From: Heterodontus francisci
Taxonomy: Eukaryota
NCBI RefSeq assembly: GCF_036365525.1
Contig: NW_027140807.1
Span: 1,922,001-1,986,000, forward strand
Length of the DNA stretch: 64,000 nucleotides
Direction: 5' to 3'
The position numbers and the translations under genes were made by a program. The notes beneath the pieces were generated by a model that ran no database searches, was not told the origin of the DNA, and saw only the letters and a program-made list of their open reading frames with translations. Below, one piece after another: positions 24,915-38,515 of this stretch. The first letter of the stretch is position 1; each line of letters begins with the position of its first letter.

Positions 24915-27725
24915 TCATTCTCCTTTATCCATATACCTATCTAAAAGCCGTTTGAAAGTCCCTAAAGTTTCTGACTCAACAACTTCCCCAGGCAAGGCAT
25001 TCCATGCCCCGACCACTCTCTGGGTAAAGAACCTTCCCCTGACATCCCCCTTATATCTCCCACCCTTCACCTTAAATTTATGACCCCTTGTAACGCTTTG
25101 CTCCACCCGGGGAAAAAGTTTCTGACTGTCTACCCTATCTATTCCCCTGATCATCTTATAAACCTCTATCATGTCACCCCTCATCCTTCTCCGTTCTAAT
25201 GAGAAGAGGCCTAGAATGTTCAGCCTTTCCTCGTAAGACTTATTCTCCATTCCAGGCAACATCCTGGTAAATCTCCTCTGCACCCTCTCCAAGGCTTCCA
25301 CATCCTTCCTAAAATGAGGCGACCAGAACGGCACACAGTACTCCAAATGAGGCCTTACCAAGGTCCTGTACAGCTGCATCATCACCTCACGGCTCTTAAA
25401 TTCAATCCCTCTGCTAATGAACGCTAACACCCCATATGCCTTCTTCACAGCCCTATCCACTTGAGTTGCAACTTTCAACGATCTATGCACATAGACCCCA
25501 AGGTCTCTCTGCTCCTCCACATGCCCAAGAACCCTACCGTTAACCCAGTATTTTGCATTCGTGTTTGTCCTTCCAAAATGGACGACCTCACACTTTTCAG
25601 GGTTAAACTCCATCTGCCACTTTTCAGCCCATCACTGCAACCTATCCAAGTCCCTTTGCAGACGACAATAGCCCTCCTCGGTATCCACAACTCCACCAAC
25701 CTTTGTATCATCTGCAAATTTACTGACCCACCCTTCGACTTCCTCATCCAAGTCGTTAATAAAAATCACAAACAGGAGAGGACCCAGAACTGATCCCTGT
25801 GGCACGCCACTGGTAACTGGGCTCCAGGCTGAGTATTTACCATCTAAGACCACTCTCTGCCTTCTATCAGTTAGCCAATTCTTAATCCAACTGGCCACAT
25901 TCCCCACTATCCCATGCCTCCTGACTTTCTCCATAAGTCTACCATGGGGGACCTTATCAAATGCCTTACTAAAATCCATGTACACCACATCCACTGGTTT
26001 ACCCTCATCCACTTGCTTGGTCACCTGCTCAAAGAATTCAATCAGGCTTGTGAGGCAATACCTACCCCTCACAAAACCGTGCTGACTGTCCCGAATCAAG
26101 CAGTGTCTTTCCAGATGCTCAGAAATCCTATCCCTCAGCACCTTTTCCATCAACTTGCCTACCACCGAAGTAAGACTAACTGGCCTGTAATTCCCAGGGT
26201 TGTTCCTATTCCCTTTCTTGAACAGGGGCACAACATTTGCCACCCTCCAATCACCTGGTACCACCCCCGTCAACAGAGAAGATGAAAAGATCATTGCCAG
26301 CGGCTCTGCAATTTCATCCCTTGCTTCCCATAACATCCTTGGATATACCCCGTCAGGCCCGGGAGACTTGTCTATCTTCAAGTTATTCAAAAACCCCAAC
26401 ACATCTTCCCTCCTAACGAGCACTTCCTCGAGCTTACCAGTCTGTTTCACACCGTCCTCTTCAGTAATACACCCCTTCTCATTCGTAAATACCGAAGAGA
26501 AGTACTCATTCAAAACCTCACTTATCTCTTCCGGCTCAACACCCAGTCTCCCGCTATTGTCCTTGACCGGACCTACGGTCCCCCAAGTCATCCTCATATT
26601 TCTGACATACGCGTAAAAGGCCTTGGGGTTTTCTTTTATCCTACCCGCCAAGCATTTTTCATGCCCTCTCTTAGCTCTCCTAATCCCTTTCTTCAGATCC
26701 TTCCTGGCCATCTTGTATCCCTCCAGAGCTATGCCTGTGCCCTTTTTCCTCAACCTTATATACGCATCCTTCTTCTTCCTAACAAGACTCTCAACCTCTC
26801 TTGTCAACCACGGTTCCCTCACATGACCATCCCTTCCCTGTCTGACAGGGACATGCTTATCAATGGCCCCTACTATCTGCTCCTTGAAAAAGTTCCACAT
26901 TTCGACCGTGCCCTTCCCTGCCAGCATATGCTCCCAACTTATGCTCCTCAGTTCCTGCCTGACAGCATCATATCTACCCTTCCCCCAATTGTAAACCTTG
27001 CCCTGTTGCACATACCTATCCCTCTCCATTACCACAGTGAATGCTACAGAATTGTGATCACTATCTCCAAAGTGCTCGCCCACCAACAGCTCTATCACTT
27101 GCCCTGGTTCATTACCTAGTACCAAATCCAATATTGCCTCCCCTCTGGTCGGGCAGTCTACATACTGAGTCAGAAAAGCTTCCTGGACATACTGCACAAA
27201 CACTACCCCATCCAAACTATTCGATCTAAAGAGTTGCCAATCAATATTTGGGAAGTTGAAATCCCCCATAATTACTACCCTGTGACTTCTGCTCCTTTCC
27301 AAAATCTGTTTCCCAATCTGCTCTTCCACCTCCCTGCTGCTATTGGGGGGCCGATAGAAAACTCCCATCAAGGTGACTGCTCCTTTCCTGTTCCTGACCT
27401 CAACCCACAGTGCCTCAGTCGGCAGATCCTCCTCGAAAATTCTTTCAGCAGTTGTTACACTATTTCTAACTAACAATGCCACCCCCCCACCTCTTTTACC
27501 ACCATTCCTAATCTTATGAAAACATCTATAACCAGGTACCTCCAAGAACCATTCCTCCCCCTCACCTATCCACGTTTCAGTGATGGCCACAACATCGTAG
27601 TCCCAAGTGCCCATCCACGCCTTCAATTCACTCACCTTATTCCTGATGCTTCTTGCGTTGAAGTATACGCACTTTAACCCTTCTCCGTGCCCATCTGTCC
27701 TCTGCGACAGTGCTACCTTCCCCAA
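24915..27725 (-). pseudogene. CR1 ORF2 (APE endonuclease + reverse transcriptase) with one in-frame TGA at 25632-25634
   Basis: ORFs 25632..27725 and 24915..25613 are in the same frame (LQ*WAEKWQMEF). Motifs [24 protein letters not shown]. Confidence 0.93.
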
Positions 27726-27805
27726 TACCTCACTACACTCTTTGTCTTTCTGAGTGGACCCACTGGTCCCTGGACTACAAGTCCGGTTCCCATCCCCCTC
27801 CCAAA

Positions 27806-28726
27806 CTAGTTTAAACCCTCCCGAACAGTACTAGCAAACCTCCCTCCCAGGATATTGGTGCCCCTCTGGTTCAGATGCAGCCCGTCCTGTTTGAACAGGT
27901 CCCATCTTCCCCAGAATGCAGTCCAATTATCCAAGAACTGGAAGCCCTCTCTCCTACACCATTCCTGCAGCCACGTGTTCAGCTGTGCTCTCTCCCTATT
28001 CCTAGCCTCACTATCACGTGGCGCCGGCAACAAACCAGAGATAACAACTCTGTCCGTCCGAGCTTTCAGCTTCCAGCCTAACTCCCTAAACTCACTTCTA
28101 ACATCTGTGCCACCCTTCCTTCCTACGTCGTTGGTGCCAATGTGCACCACGACCTCTGGCTGCTCCCCCTCCCCTTTAAGGATCCTGAAGACGCGATCAC
28201 AAACATCACGGACCCTGGCACCAGGTAGGCAACAAACCATCCGTGCGTCTCGCTCGCGCCCACAGAACCGCCTGTCGGTACTCCTCACCATCGAGTCCCC
28301 GATGACTAGTGCTCTCCCATTCTCCCTCCTTCCCTTCTGAGCCACAGTGCAGGACCCCGTGCCAGAGGCCCGTTCACTGCAGCCTGCCCCCGATAGGCCG
28401 TCCCCCCCAACAGTATCTAAAACTGTATACTTGTTGCTGAGGGGAACGACCACAGGAGATCCCTGCACTGACCTCTTCCCACCTCTAACTGTTACCCAGC
28501 TGCCTTTGTTTTGTGGAGTAACGACATCCCTGTAGCTTCTATCTATCACCCCCTCAGCTTCCCGAATGATCCTCAGTTCATCCAGCTCCAGCTCCAGTTC
28601 CCTAACACGGTCTGATAGGAGCTGGAGACGGATGCACTTCCAGCAGGTGAAGTCGGCAGGGTCACCGGAGGTTCCCCTCACCTCGAACATACTGCAGGAG
28701 GAGCACTGCACTCCCCTGGCTGCCAT
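27806..28726 (-). CDS. CR1 ORF1 (N-terminal CxxC..CxxC zinc finger/coiled coil + SGNH esterase)
   Basis: CSSC...CWKC, IGDS, HIGTND and DGLHLN motifs; 306 aa open. Confidence 0.92.
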   Translation of the reverse strand: MAARGVQCSSCSMFEVRGTSGDPADFTCWKCIRLQLLSDRVRELELELDELRIIREAEGVIDRSYRDVVTPQNKGSWVTVRGGKRSVQGSPVVVPLSNKYTVLDTVGGDGLSGAGCSERASGTGSCTVAQKGRRENGRALVIGDSMVRSTDRRFCGRERDARMVCCLPGARVRDVCDRVFRILKGEGEQPEVVVHIGTNDVGRKGGTDVRSEFRELGWKLKARTDRVVISGLLPAPRDSEARNRERAQLNTWLQEWCRREGFQFLDNWTAFWGRWDLFKQDGLHLNQRGTNILGGRFASTVREGLN

Positions 28727-29349
28727 TTCTTTTACTCAATTACCCCTTAATTAAGTACAAATATAGATATTAACAAAAACAGTGAAATAGCTTACCTGTT
28801 CAGTCCTTTTTGGCTAGAGGAGGAGGGTAAAAAGGGTCTCGGGTTAACTCTGCTCCGCACCTTTAAAGAAAATACCTACCCAGGAGTCCTTGCTGCCGTC
28901 CAGCTTCCGGTTCCTCCCGCGCCAAAAGTAACTTGAACACAAGGAAAACAGTAAGTACAACTTTCAAAACACAGCTCCTGGTGCCTTCACTTACCCACCG
29001 AAGAGTCGCTACCTTCTCCTGCTGCTCCGCCGGGAAATGAGATAGGTAGATATGAAGACAGGCAGACGGATTCATACAGATAGAGAGACAAATTGACACA
29101 GATAGACAGACAGACACACAGCCATGCAGATGGATAAATAGAGAGAAAGTTAGACAGATAGCTACAGAGATAGATAGATAGCGATATAGATAAACAGACA
29201 GAGATATTTTTCTCCCTTTCTCCATCTATCTCTATCACTGCCTCTCTTTTACTCTATCTGTTTTTCACCATATCATCCTCTCTGACTCTGTCTCGCACTA
29301 TGTCTCTCACTCATTCCTTGGCACTTTCACACACACTCTATCACTCCAA

Positions 29350-30945
29350 TAGAATCATAGAAAGTTTAAGGAACAGCAAGAGGCCACTTGGCCCATCGTG
29401 TCGGTGGCAGCCGAAAAACAATCCACCTATTCATATCACACCTTCCAGCATTTGGTCCATAGCCCTGCAGATTACCGCACTTGAGGTGCATATCCAGACT
29501 CCTTTGAATGAGTTGAGAGTGTCTGCCTCAACTACCCTTTCAGGCAGCGAGTACCTGACCCCCACTACCCTCTAAGGTTTTCCTTATCTCCCCTCTAATT
29601 CTTCTACCAATCACATTAAATCTCTTCCCCCTCGTCACTGATCTCTCTGCCAAGATGAATAGACCCTTCACCTCCACTCTATCCAGGCCCCTTCAATATT
29701 TTGCACATTTCAAACAGACCTCCCCTCAGCTTTCTCTGTTCCAAGGAGAACAACCCCAGCCTATCCAATCTTTCCGCATAGCTGCATTTTCCAGTTCTGG
29801 CAACATCCTCGTAAATCCCCTCTGTACCCTCTCTAGTGCAATTACATTCTTTCTGTAATGAGGTGACCAGAACTGCACACAGTACTCAAGTTGTGGCCTA
29901 ACCAATGATGTATACAGTTCCAGCATAACCTCCCTGTTCTTGTATTCTATACCTCAGCTAAGAAAGGAACGGATTCCATATGCCTTCTTAACCACCTTAT
30001 CGACCTGTCCTGCTACCTTCAGTGATCTGTGGACATTCACTCCAAGGTCCCTCACTTCCTCTACACTTCTCAGTATTTTCCCATTAATCGTATGTTCCTT
30101 TGCCTTGTTCGACCTCCCCAAATGCATCACCTCACACCTCTCCAAGTTGGATTCCATTTGCCACTCTTCTGCCCATCTGACAAGACCATCAATATCTTCC
30201 TGCAGCCTACAGCTATCCAGCTCGCGATCTACCACAGGGCTAATCCTTGTGTTATCTACATACATTTGGATTAAGCCCCCCTACATTTACATCCAAATCG
30301 TTAATAAAAACCACAAAAATCAGGGAACCCAGTGCTGAGCCCTGTGCAACGCCACTGGGAACAGCCCTCCAGTCGCTAAAACACCCATCAACAATTACCC
30401 TTTGTTTCCTGCCACGAAGCCAATTTTGTATCCACCTTGCTGCATTTCCCTTGATCCCATGGGATTTTGTTTCTTTTGAACCAGTCTGCCATGTGCAGCC
30501 TTTTCAAAAGCCTTGCTAAAATCCAGGTAGACCACTTCAACTGCACTACTCTCGTCTATCTTCCTTGTTACTTCTTCAAAAAATTCGATCAAGTTGATCA
30601 AACAAGATCGTCCCTTAACATATCTATGCTGACTATCCTTGATTAACCCATGCCTTTCTAAGTGACAGTTTATCCTGTCTCCCAGAATAGATTGCCATAA
30701 TTTGCTCATTACTGAGGTCAGACTTACTGGCCTGTAAGTAGTCAGTCTATCCTTCCCTCCCTTTTTAAACGGAGGCACAACATTAACAATTCTCCAATCC
30801 TCCGGCACCACACCTGTGAGGACTGCAAAAAGATGGTCAGACCCTCTGCTATTTCTTCTCTTGCTTCTATTTGCAGCCTAGGATTCATTTCATCCTGCCC
30901 TGGTGATTTATCAACTTTCAAGGATGCTAATCCCATTAATGTTTC
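29350..30945 (-). mobile_element. Degenerate CR1 LINE ORF2 fragment
   Basis: VPEDWRIVNVVP...YRPVSLTS and LVRPQLEYCVQFWSPH. Confidence 0.9.
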
Positions 30946-30959
30946 CTCCCTCAGCTTCG

Positions 30960-31350
30960 CTCCCTTAAACCCAGAGCAACCAGCAGAAAGTGTCTTAGAT
31001 CCGCCGCAAACATGCCATTCAATTTCATCGACGTTTGCTATTTTCCTTCTGTCGCTGAGTTTGTTTAAATTCTGTCACAATCACTGTTCTACATTTGATC
31101 AACTGATTAATGATCTCAACAAGACTGTGCGGCGGTGACTTGTGAAATCAGCAATCAATTATTGAATATAAGACAGTGAACTCATTAATCTGTTCCCCCT
31201 TTTTAGGCAACAAAAGTGTTAAGAATATACTGTTAACCATATAACATCTACACCCACTTTTACTCATGTAGATTTCACTATTCTGCTTTACATCTGTACA
31301 GATACTGGGAGGAAATTAGGACAAAGACTGAATTTGTATCGTTAATTCTG
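30960..31350 (+). pseudogene. Orphan V leader/intron relic A (paralog of the V5 leader), no V exon
   Basis: Aligns to about 34670-35070. Its ATG at 31012 is followed by a 1-nt frameshift, and the donor has changed to GTTTGT. Homology stops before the V exon. Confidence 0.8.
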
Positions 31351-31849
31351 CGGGTAATAATCCTCTGCAGGAGAGGATGAAACACTGAGAAGGAGGATGA
31401 ATTTCGGGAAGTGACTTGAAGAAGCCCACAGCATGGGTTTCACTGGGAAAGTAACAAACACAGCTTGTTGCAGTTGCACCATGCTGCCACTGGTCGGCGC
31501 AGTGGCTCCACGATATTTCGCGCCACCACAGGCTTTGGCGCCGCTGATCAATGAGTCAATTCCTCTGCTTCTGCAATCTTTTCACTTTAAAGGCTAAACG
31601 CAGTTAGATTGCCACTTTACAGTGATGTTATATGAGCCGCCTCCGCTGCCATCGAACTATCCACCTTCTTTTCCTCCACTACTGATTTTAATTTGCAAAA
31701 GGATGTTAATAATCGCCTGTTCTGCACCGTTACCTCTGGAGTCACCCAAAGCAGCTATCGTTGCACCGCCCCTTGTTTTTTTCACCTACCCTCTCCAACA
31801 CCTCGCTACCTTCAGAATTCCCGTCGCCTCGGCATGAAATAAAGCTCAC

Positions 31850-32400
31850 AAAGGGAAGAGAGTGAGATATTTGCAGCAGAGTAGAAAGTGGGGTGGAAGG
31901 AGGGAAATGGAGACAAGAAACAAGTGGAAAGGGGCGGAAGGAAGCAAACAAAAGAATGGGGGACAACATAACAAGTAGGGGCGGGGACCATCTCAATGAC
32001 GTTCTGCACTATGTGAACTACAACTGCCTCTCACCCTTAAACCAGAGTAACCAGCAGAAAGTGTCTCAGATCCACACCAAACATCCCTTTCAACTTCATC
32101 ACCTTTGCTATTTTCCTTCTGGCGCTGAGTAGGTTAAAATTCTGTCCCAATCACTCTTCTACATTTGATCAACCGATTAATGATCTCAATAAAACTGTGA
32201 AATCAGCAATCAATCACTTAATATAAGATAGTGAAGTCTTTAAACTGTTCCCTAGTTTGGGTGCCCAAGTGTTATTAATATGATGTTAACACTTTAATAA
32301 TTCCACCCACTTGCAAGCATGTAGATTCCATTAGTTTATTTCACAGTTTTATCGATCCAGGTTCTTGTAGGAAATTAGGTCAAAGACCTAAATTTCCTAA
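31850..32400 (+). pseudogene. Orphan V promoter/leader/intron relic B (paralog of V5), no V exon
   Basis: Aligns to about 34460-35050, including the GC box. ATG>ATC at 32083; the remainder PFNFITFAIFLLAL and the GTAGGT donor are intact. Confidence 0.8.
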
Positions 32401-32993
32401 AACAAAAACCCTCACAACAGACTGGGCGAATGTGACAGGGGGAAGCAGAGAGACACACTTAGAATACTATAAGATGATGGAACTGATTGATAGGGTAGAT
32501 TTACAGAGGATGTTTCCACAAAGTCAATCCCATCACATACCGATTCGATACAGAGTTAAGCCTATCACATTGGTTAGGTGCAGAGGCAAACCCCTCACCC
32601 AGCAATAAGATGCAGAGTAAAATCTCCCATTCACTGGTTAGATCGGGATGTCAGACAAACAGTGTAACTCCCCTTTCCTCACTCCCTCACATCACTGCTA
32701 TCTCAGAGTGATCCTCTGAGTTGCTGCAGTGTTAAAGTAACACCAGACCCCCCCATCAATGGGAGGACACAGCCCGGCCGATTACTCAGGTCCTGGTTTA
32801 ACCCCGCCCCAGAAAAGTACAGTCCCCTCGTGGGAGACAATGAACAAGTACAAAGAGATTTGCTCCTCCCATACGACCATTTAACAGTGGGGAGGAGGGG
32901 ACAGTAAATCCCACTCAGAACATTGAGATATTCTGCAATAAAACAGCTCAGTGATTTCACATCATGAACACATGGATCTGTCTCCCTCCAGAG

Positions 32994-33387
32994 ATGACTG
33001 TGTCTCACCTCTGGGTTGTGTTGCTGGTGTTAAGGGGTAAGGTGGAACTGAACTGGGAGATGACAGTGATCCTCACTGATCCTTCCCCGAATGTCCCCTT
33101 TGGGGTTTAACCCCCTCCGAGGTTTATTAACACCGTTTGGCTGTGTAGATTCTCTCTGCATCGGTTTATATATCACTCGGTCTCTCTCTCTCTTTTTCTT
33201 CCTATCTTTTTCACACTTTCTCTCTCCCTATCCTCTTTTTTCTTTCTTTTTCTAGTCTGACTCTCCTTTTGTCCGTTTCTCATTCTCCCTGTCCCTGTCT
33301 GCTTTCCTCTCTCTCTCTCTTTCTCTCACTCTTTCCCTTTCTTTGTTCTATGGATTACCCTTGGTTTTACCTTTAACTTTCTGTCAT

Positions 33388-33424
<37 letters not shown>

Positions 33425-33894
33425 GCATGTCTCATTTTCTCTCACTCACTCTTTCTCCCTCTCTATTTTTCTGTCTTTATAACACGAATCTCTCTCTCTC
33501 TGTCTCTCTCTCACACACACTCCCACCTCTCCATTCATTTACCATTTCATGGTGTATCATTCTTAACACCTCTCTGCTCACTTTGTGTTTTCCAGATGTT
33601 GGAGCCGTGCTGATCCAACAGATTCCCCCTTCTATATCCCATTCCCCGGGATCTCCAGTCAGCATCGAGTGTATTTGCACTGAAGCAGCAGCTGACTCGT
33701 ATTTCTACTGGTACCGATGGCACCCTGACAGTGAGCCTCAGGACCTTTTCTATTCTAACTGCATCGACATGGTCACTCCCTCCGGTGAGGTGGACGGTTT
33801 CACCGCCAGGAGACCTGACAGCACTCACTTTTACCTGGAGTCCTCCGGCCTGTGGGAGAATCACTCAGCCGTGTATTAGTGTGCCTGGAGTTTA
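32994..33894 (+). pseudogene. TRBV: TCR beta V pseudogene V4 (paralog of V2) with a single TAG before the second Cys
   Basis: Leader 32994-33036 MTVSHLWVVLLVLR. V exon 33596-33894 ...IECIC...WYRWHP...AVY*CAWSL, with TAG at 33877-33879. Confidence 0.92.
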
Positions 33895-33933
33895 CACAGT
33901 GACTCAGAGAAATACAGCAGTTCAACAAAAACC
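33895..33933 (+). other. 23-RSS of V4 (perfect consensus)
   Basis: CACAGTG - 23 bp - ACAAAAACC. Confidence 0.97.
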
Positions 33934-34720
33934 CCAAAGGAGACAGGAATTAACTGTGGCAGAGTGATCTGTCTCTCTGTCTGCCTGTGAGTCTGTCTGT
34001 CTCCTTGTATGTCTCTTTATCAATCTGTCTATCTAAACACACAACTGTCTGTCTGCATCTGTGCATACATTTCACTCATCCACCTGTCTGCAACCTGTCT
34101 ATCGATCTATCATCCACTAACCTACCTGCCTCTATTCTTTACTTCATGACGTTTGATAAATGATATACCATTCACATCGATTAGTCGACCTACTCTCTGT
34201 AAATGTAGAAGAGTTCAACTCATTTTGAGTTATCAATAATGCCATGTCAATGATTGTCTCGCCTCTCTCTTCACTGTTGCCTCCATATATTAACAAGTAC
34301 ATGAGGAGCGGGGTGAAAAGGGGTTTTAAAGGGCAGAGCTGAAAGGGTGGAAGGAGGAGTGTGGGGAGCCGTTATGCTGTCTGAGGGAAAGGATTGGGAC
34401 AAATCCCCTTCTCCAACACCTCGTTACCTTCAGAGATCACCTGGCTTCGGTGTGAAAGCAAGCTCACAAAGAGATAAGAATGAGGATATTTACAGTGGAG
34501 CAGAAAGTGACGAGGGGGGAGGCAAGGGGAGAGAATAAAGAGGGAAACGGTGGCATAAAGAAGCAAGCAAAAGAATGGGGGACAACTTAAAGGTAGGGGC
34601 GGGGATCATTGCCTTGAGATAACTTCCTCTTATGACGATCCGCTCTGCCAACACCTCATCTCTCTCCCTCCCTTAAAACCCAGAGTAACCAGCAGAAAGT
34701 CTCTCAGATCCACCGCAAAC

Positions 34721-35454
34721 ATGCCTTTCAGTTTCATCCTCTTTGCTATTTCCCTTCTGGCGCTGAGTAGGTTAAAATTCTGTCCCAATCACTCTTCTAC
34801 ATTTGATAATAGAAAGGGATGATTAATGATCTCAATAAAACTGAGCAGCGATTACTTGTTAAATCAGTAATCGATTATTTCATATCAGACAGTGAACTCA
34901 TTCATCTGTCCCCCAGTTCGGGAAGACAAGTGCTATTAATATGATGTTAACTCTTTAATGTTTGCACCCACTTGCAAACTTGTGGATTCCACAATTCTAT
35001 TTTACAGTTGTTACAGATCCAGATGCTTGCAGGAAATTAGGACACAGACTGAATTTCCGTCGTTAATTCGGTGCAACACCGACGTCCATCGTCGCAATTG
35101 TAACTCCATCGATACTAGTTCATTCACTCTAATTTCTCTTTCTAGGTGTTTGCCGGGGTGATGTGATACATCAATGGCCTCAGTCACTGGCTGTTAAACA
35201 ACCAGGACCCGTGGAAATGAACTGTCTGCAGGAAGGAGCAGTTCGCAACAACATGTACTGGTATCGTCAGTCCCCCGGCAGAGGATTCCTGTTAATCGGG
35301 TTTAACTTTCTAAGCAATGAACCTCAGTATGAAGATGGATTTAAGAGCGGATTTGCAATCACGAGGACTCTGGAAAATAAGAAATCCACTCTGACGATCG
35401 AGAGTGTGAACGCCACGGACGAGGCGGTGTATTTCTGTGCAGCTGGTGATGGGA
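34721..35454 (+). CDS. TRBV: TCR beta V gene V5, intact
   Basis: Leader 34721-34766 MPFSFILFAISLLAL, donor GTAGGT. V exon 35146-35454 SVCRGDVIHQWP...MNCLQ...WYRQSPGRG...DEAVYFCAAGDG. Confidence 0.95.
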
Positions 35455-35493
35455 CACAGCGGTTCAGAGTCATTGGCTGCCTTGACAAAAACC
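35455..35493 (+). other. 23-RSS of V5
   Basis: CACAGCG - 23 bp - ACAAAAACC. Confidence 0.95.
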
Positions 35494-36639
35494 CTCACAT
35501 GTCTCCCTTCAAACAGATGCATTTAACCCAGCATTCGGTGAAGAGCAGCCCTGGGTGATCGGATGCGGATCTGCATCTGTTCAGTGACCGTTCGAATCGC
35601 AGAACTCCCATGTTCTAACTCCCCACAACCAGATATATGTAAATGGATGCTGGATAAAAACATTAGGGAGCAGGAAATAGCACCTCATACTGATAGGGCT
35701 GGGTGAAGACATTGTTTATGTTCTTTCATCGGATGTGGGAATAAAATATGAGAATAATCTAACCAGCAATATAAAAACAGATGGTAGGAGCTTTTACATA
35801 AAAAGCAAGAGAGTAGCTAAAGTTGACGTTGGTCCCTTGGAGGTAAAGACAGGAATAATTATCATGGGGAATGGGGAAATGGCAGGGGCATTGAACTAAT
35901 ATTTTGTGCCTGTCTTCACAGTAGAAGACACAAGTTCCATACCAGAAATAGACAGTAATGTGGTGGCTAAGAAGAGTGAGGAAATTAAGGATATTCATAT
36001 CAATTGAGAAAATGTCTTGGAGAAACTTCAGGGCTTAAAATCTGACAAGTCCCCTGGAACAGATGGATTTCATACTTGAGTTCGAAAAGAGATAGCTGCA
36101 GAGAGAGTGGAGGCGATGGCTCTGATTTTCCAGAATTCCTTAGATTCAGAATTTAAATTCTGCCATCTGACCTGGTGGGATTCGAACGCATGTCCCCTGG
36201 AGAATCCGCCTCCCCCCACCCCCTCCACCACCCCCCCCCCCCCCCCACCCGGCCTCTGGATTTCTAGCTCAGTGACATCACAACTACACTGCCATCTGCC
36301 CCAGACTAGTCTGAAACATGGGCCCATCGGGCCGAATAGCCTGAATCTGTGCTGTAAATTCTATCTAATACGATGTCACCAGCGTCACCAGCTGAAGCAA
36401 TGGATAAAAATGAGGAAGATGGAGCAATTGCAAAGCATGTCTTCATGATGCCTATTTTATCAATTGCAATGTGCAAATCGCAGGTGCCTGTAGTTACACG
36501 TTACAGCCAGGAGGTGGGGATGCAGCTCCACCGCAGCCTGAGTCCCACTTGCTTCTGAAAAGACTGAGCAAGCAATGCAGCAGTGAATTGACCCATCCAC
36601 CGAATAGTGCCGGCCATCAAGCACCTAAATATTCTCGTC

Positions 36640-37580
36640 CCATTTTCCAGCATTTGGCCCGTAGTCTTGTATGCTATGGCGTTTCAAGTGCTCATCTAAA
36701 TATTTCTTAAATGTTGTGATGCTTCCTGCCTCTACCACCTCTTTTAGCAGAGCGTTCCAGATTCCAACCACCCTCTGGTTGACACATTTTTTCCTCACAT
36801 CCACTCTAAACCTCCTGCCTCTACCTTAAATCTATGCCCTGGTTATTGCCCCTCCTATAAAGGGAAAAAAATCTTCCTATCTGACCTATCAGTGCACCTC
36901 ATAATCTTGTATACCTCAATCAGGTCCCCCCTCAGCCTCCTCTGCTGGGTATAAAACAACCCGAGCCTTTTCAGTCTCTCATCATAGCTGAAATGTTCCA
37001 TCCCAGGCAACATCCTGGTGAATCTCCTCAAGACCCCCTCCAGTGCAATCACATCTTTCCTTTCGTGTGGTGCCCAGAACTGTACATCCATATCGTCCTG
37101 AAATCTAAGGCTTCCCTCTTCACTATTTACAACGTCAACAATTTTCATGTTGTCTGCGAACTTATATTTAATACCTGCTATATTCACATCAAAATCATTA
37201 ATTTGCACCAGAAACAGCAAGGGCCCAGCACAGATCCCTGTGGTACACCATTGGTCACAGATTATTAGATTAGATTTGATTAGAGTTACAGCACCGAAAC
37301 AGGCCCTTCGGCCCACCGAGTCTGCGCCGACCATCAACCACCCAGGCTCCCACTCGCAAAAACAACCCTCGACCTTTACCCTCTGCCTCCTGCCAATAAG
37401 CCAATTTTGAATCCAATTTACCAAATTGCCCTGGATCCCATGTGCTCTTAGCTTCTTAACCAATCTCTCTTGTGGGGCTTTATCAAAAGCCTTACTGAAT
37501 TCCATGTAGACGACATCAACTACTTACCCCTCATCTACACATCAAGTCACCTCCTCGAAAAATACAATCAAGTTGGTATA
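36640..37580 (-). mobile_element. CR1 LINE RT fragment with internal deletion and a nested tail insertion
   Basis: ORF 36855..37505 FSKAFDKAP...KFADN...RRFTRMLPG. Confidence 0.85.
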
Positions 37581-37854
37581 TATGTCAATCATTCCAATCT
37601 TTATGAACATCCCCAAACCCTGCAATAGATGGGACTTTGCAAGTCAATCTTGTGTCATTCTAATTCCTGCACCCACACAGGTGAAAGAACCACCTTCTTT
37701 GTTGGATACACAAGGGAAGTTCTATTGGTTGACATTGCAATGGAGTCACTTCCACACTGCATCACAAAAGCAGGCTGTGCACCAATAGGACTGCAGTGTG
37801 TGTGAGAGCTGGACCAAGCTGGAAGGTTGAAAGAAGGGTTCACATTCCTGCATC

Positions 37855-38515
37855 ATGCTGTGCACTGTTTACCTCCATCTACTGTTTCTGCTGCTCCCAG
37901 GTTACTGCTTCTACTTGGAGGGAAATTCAGGCCCCAGTTAATCAGCTTTGAGACACAATTCCTGCTGATATCGAAGGGCTCCAATCAGTTAGAGATTTAC
38001 TGGTTTGGTTTTGCTGTTGAGGACAAGTGTCGTTATTTAGCGCCGCTGCAGTTGTGCTCAGCGATTCTGGGTATTAGCACATGACCCTGTGCTGGGGCGT
38101 CAGCGGGCTGATCGACTGTAGTGTGCATTGGGAGGTTTACCATTAAAGCTCTGTCTCTCTCCTCATTGTGTCTGTTCTCTTTGACCCGATCTGTTTCTCT
38201 TGTTCCTCCACAGCCCGGTCCAGGAGCGCTCTCATTACCCAGTGGGGGGACCGGCTGACGGTCGCAGAGGGGAAAACGGCGGAAATGCACTGTTTCCAGA
38301 ATGACACCGACTATACCTACATGTACTGGTATCGCCAGCACAGCGGAGCAGGGTTGCAGCTCATAGTGACCTCGGTTGGTACCTCTGATTCAACGCCTGA
38401 AGACGGTTTCAAGGAGAGATTTAAAGCCACCAGACCTGATCTTAAAACCTGCAGCCTGAAAATACTGAGGGTGGATCAGACTGACAGGGCGGTGTATTAC
38501 TGTGCTGCTAGTGAT
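37855..38515 (+). CDS. TRBV: TCR beta V gene V6, intact, D-proximal
   Basis: Leader 37855-37900 MLCTVYLHLLFLLLP (weak GTTACT donor). V exon 38214-38515 ARSRSALITQW...MHCFQNDTDYTYMYWYRQ...DRAVYYCAASD. Confidence 0.93.

Larger units (their letters stand above)
24790..29039 (-). mobile_element. Full-length CR1 LINE, near-intact, flanked by a 28-bp direct repeat
   Basis: 5' UTR, ORF1, ORF2 and a (TTCTATG)n 3' tail. AGATAGGTAGATATGAAGACAG(A/G)CAGAC at 24762-24789 and 29040-29067, inside a GATA/GACA microsatellite. Confidence 0.95.
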
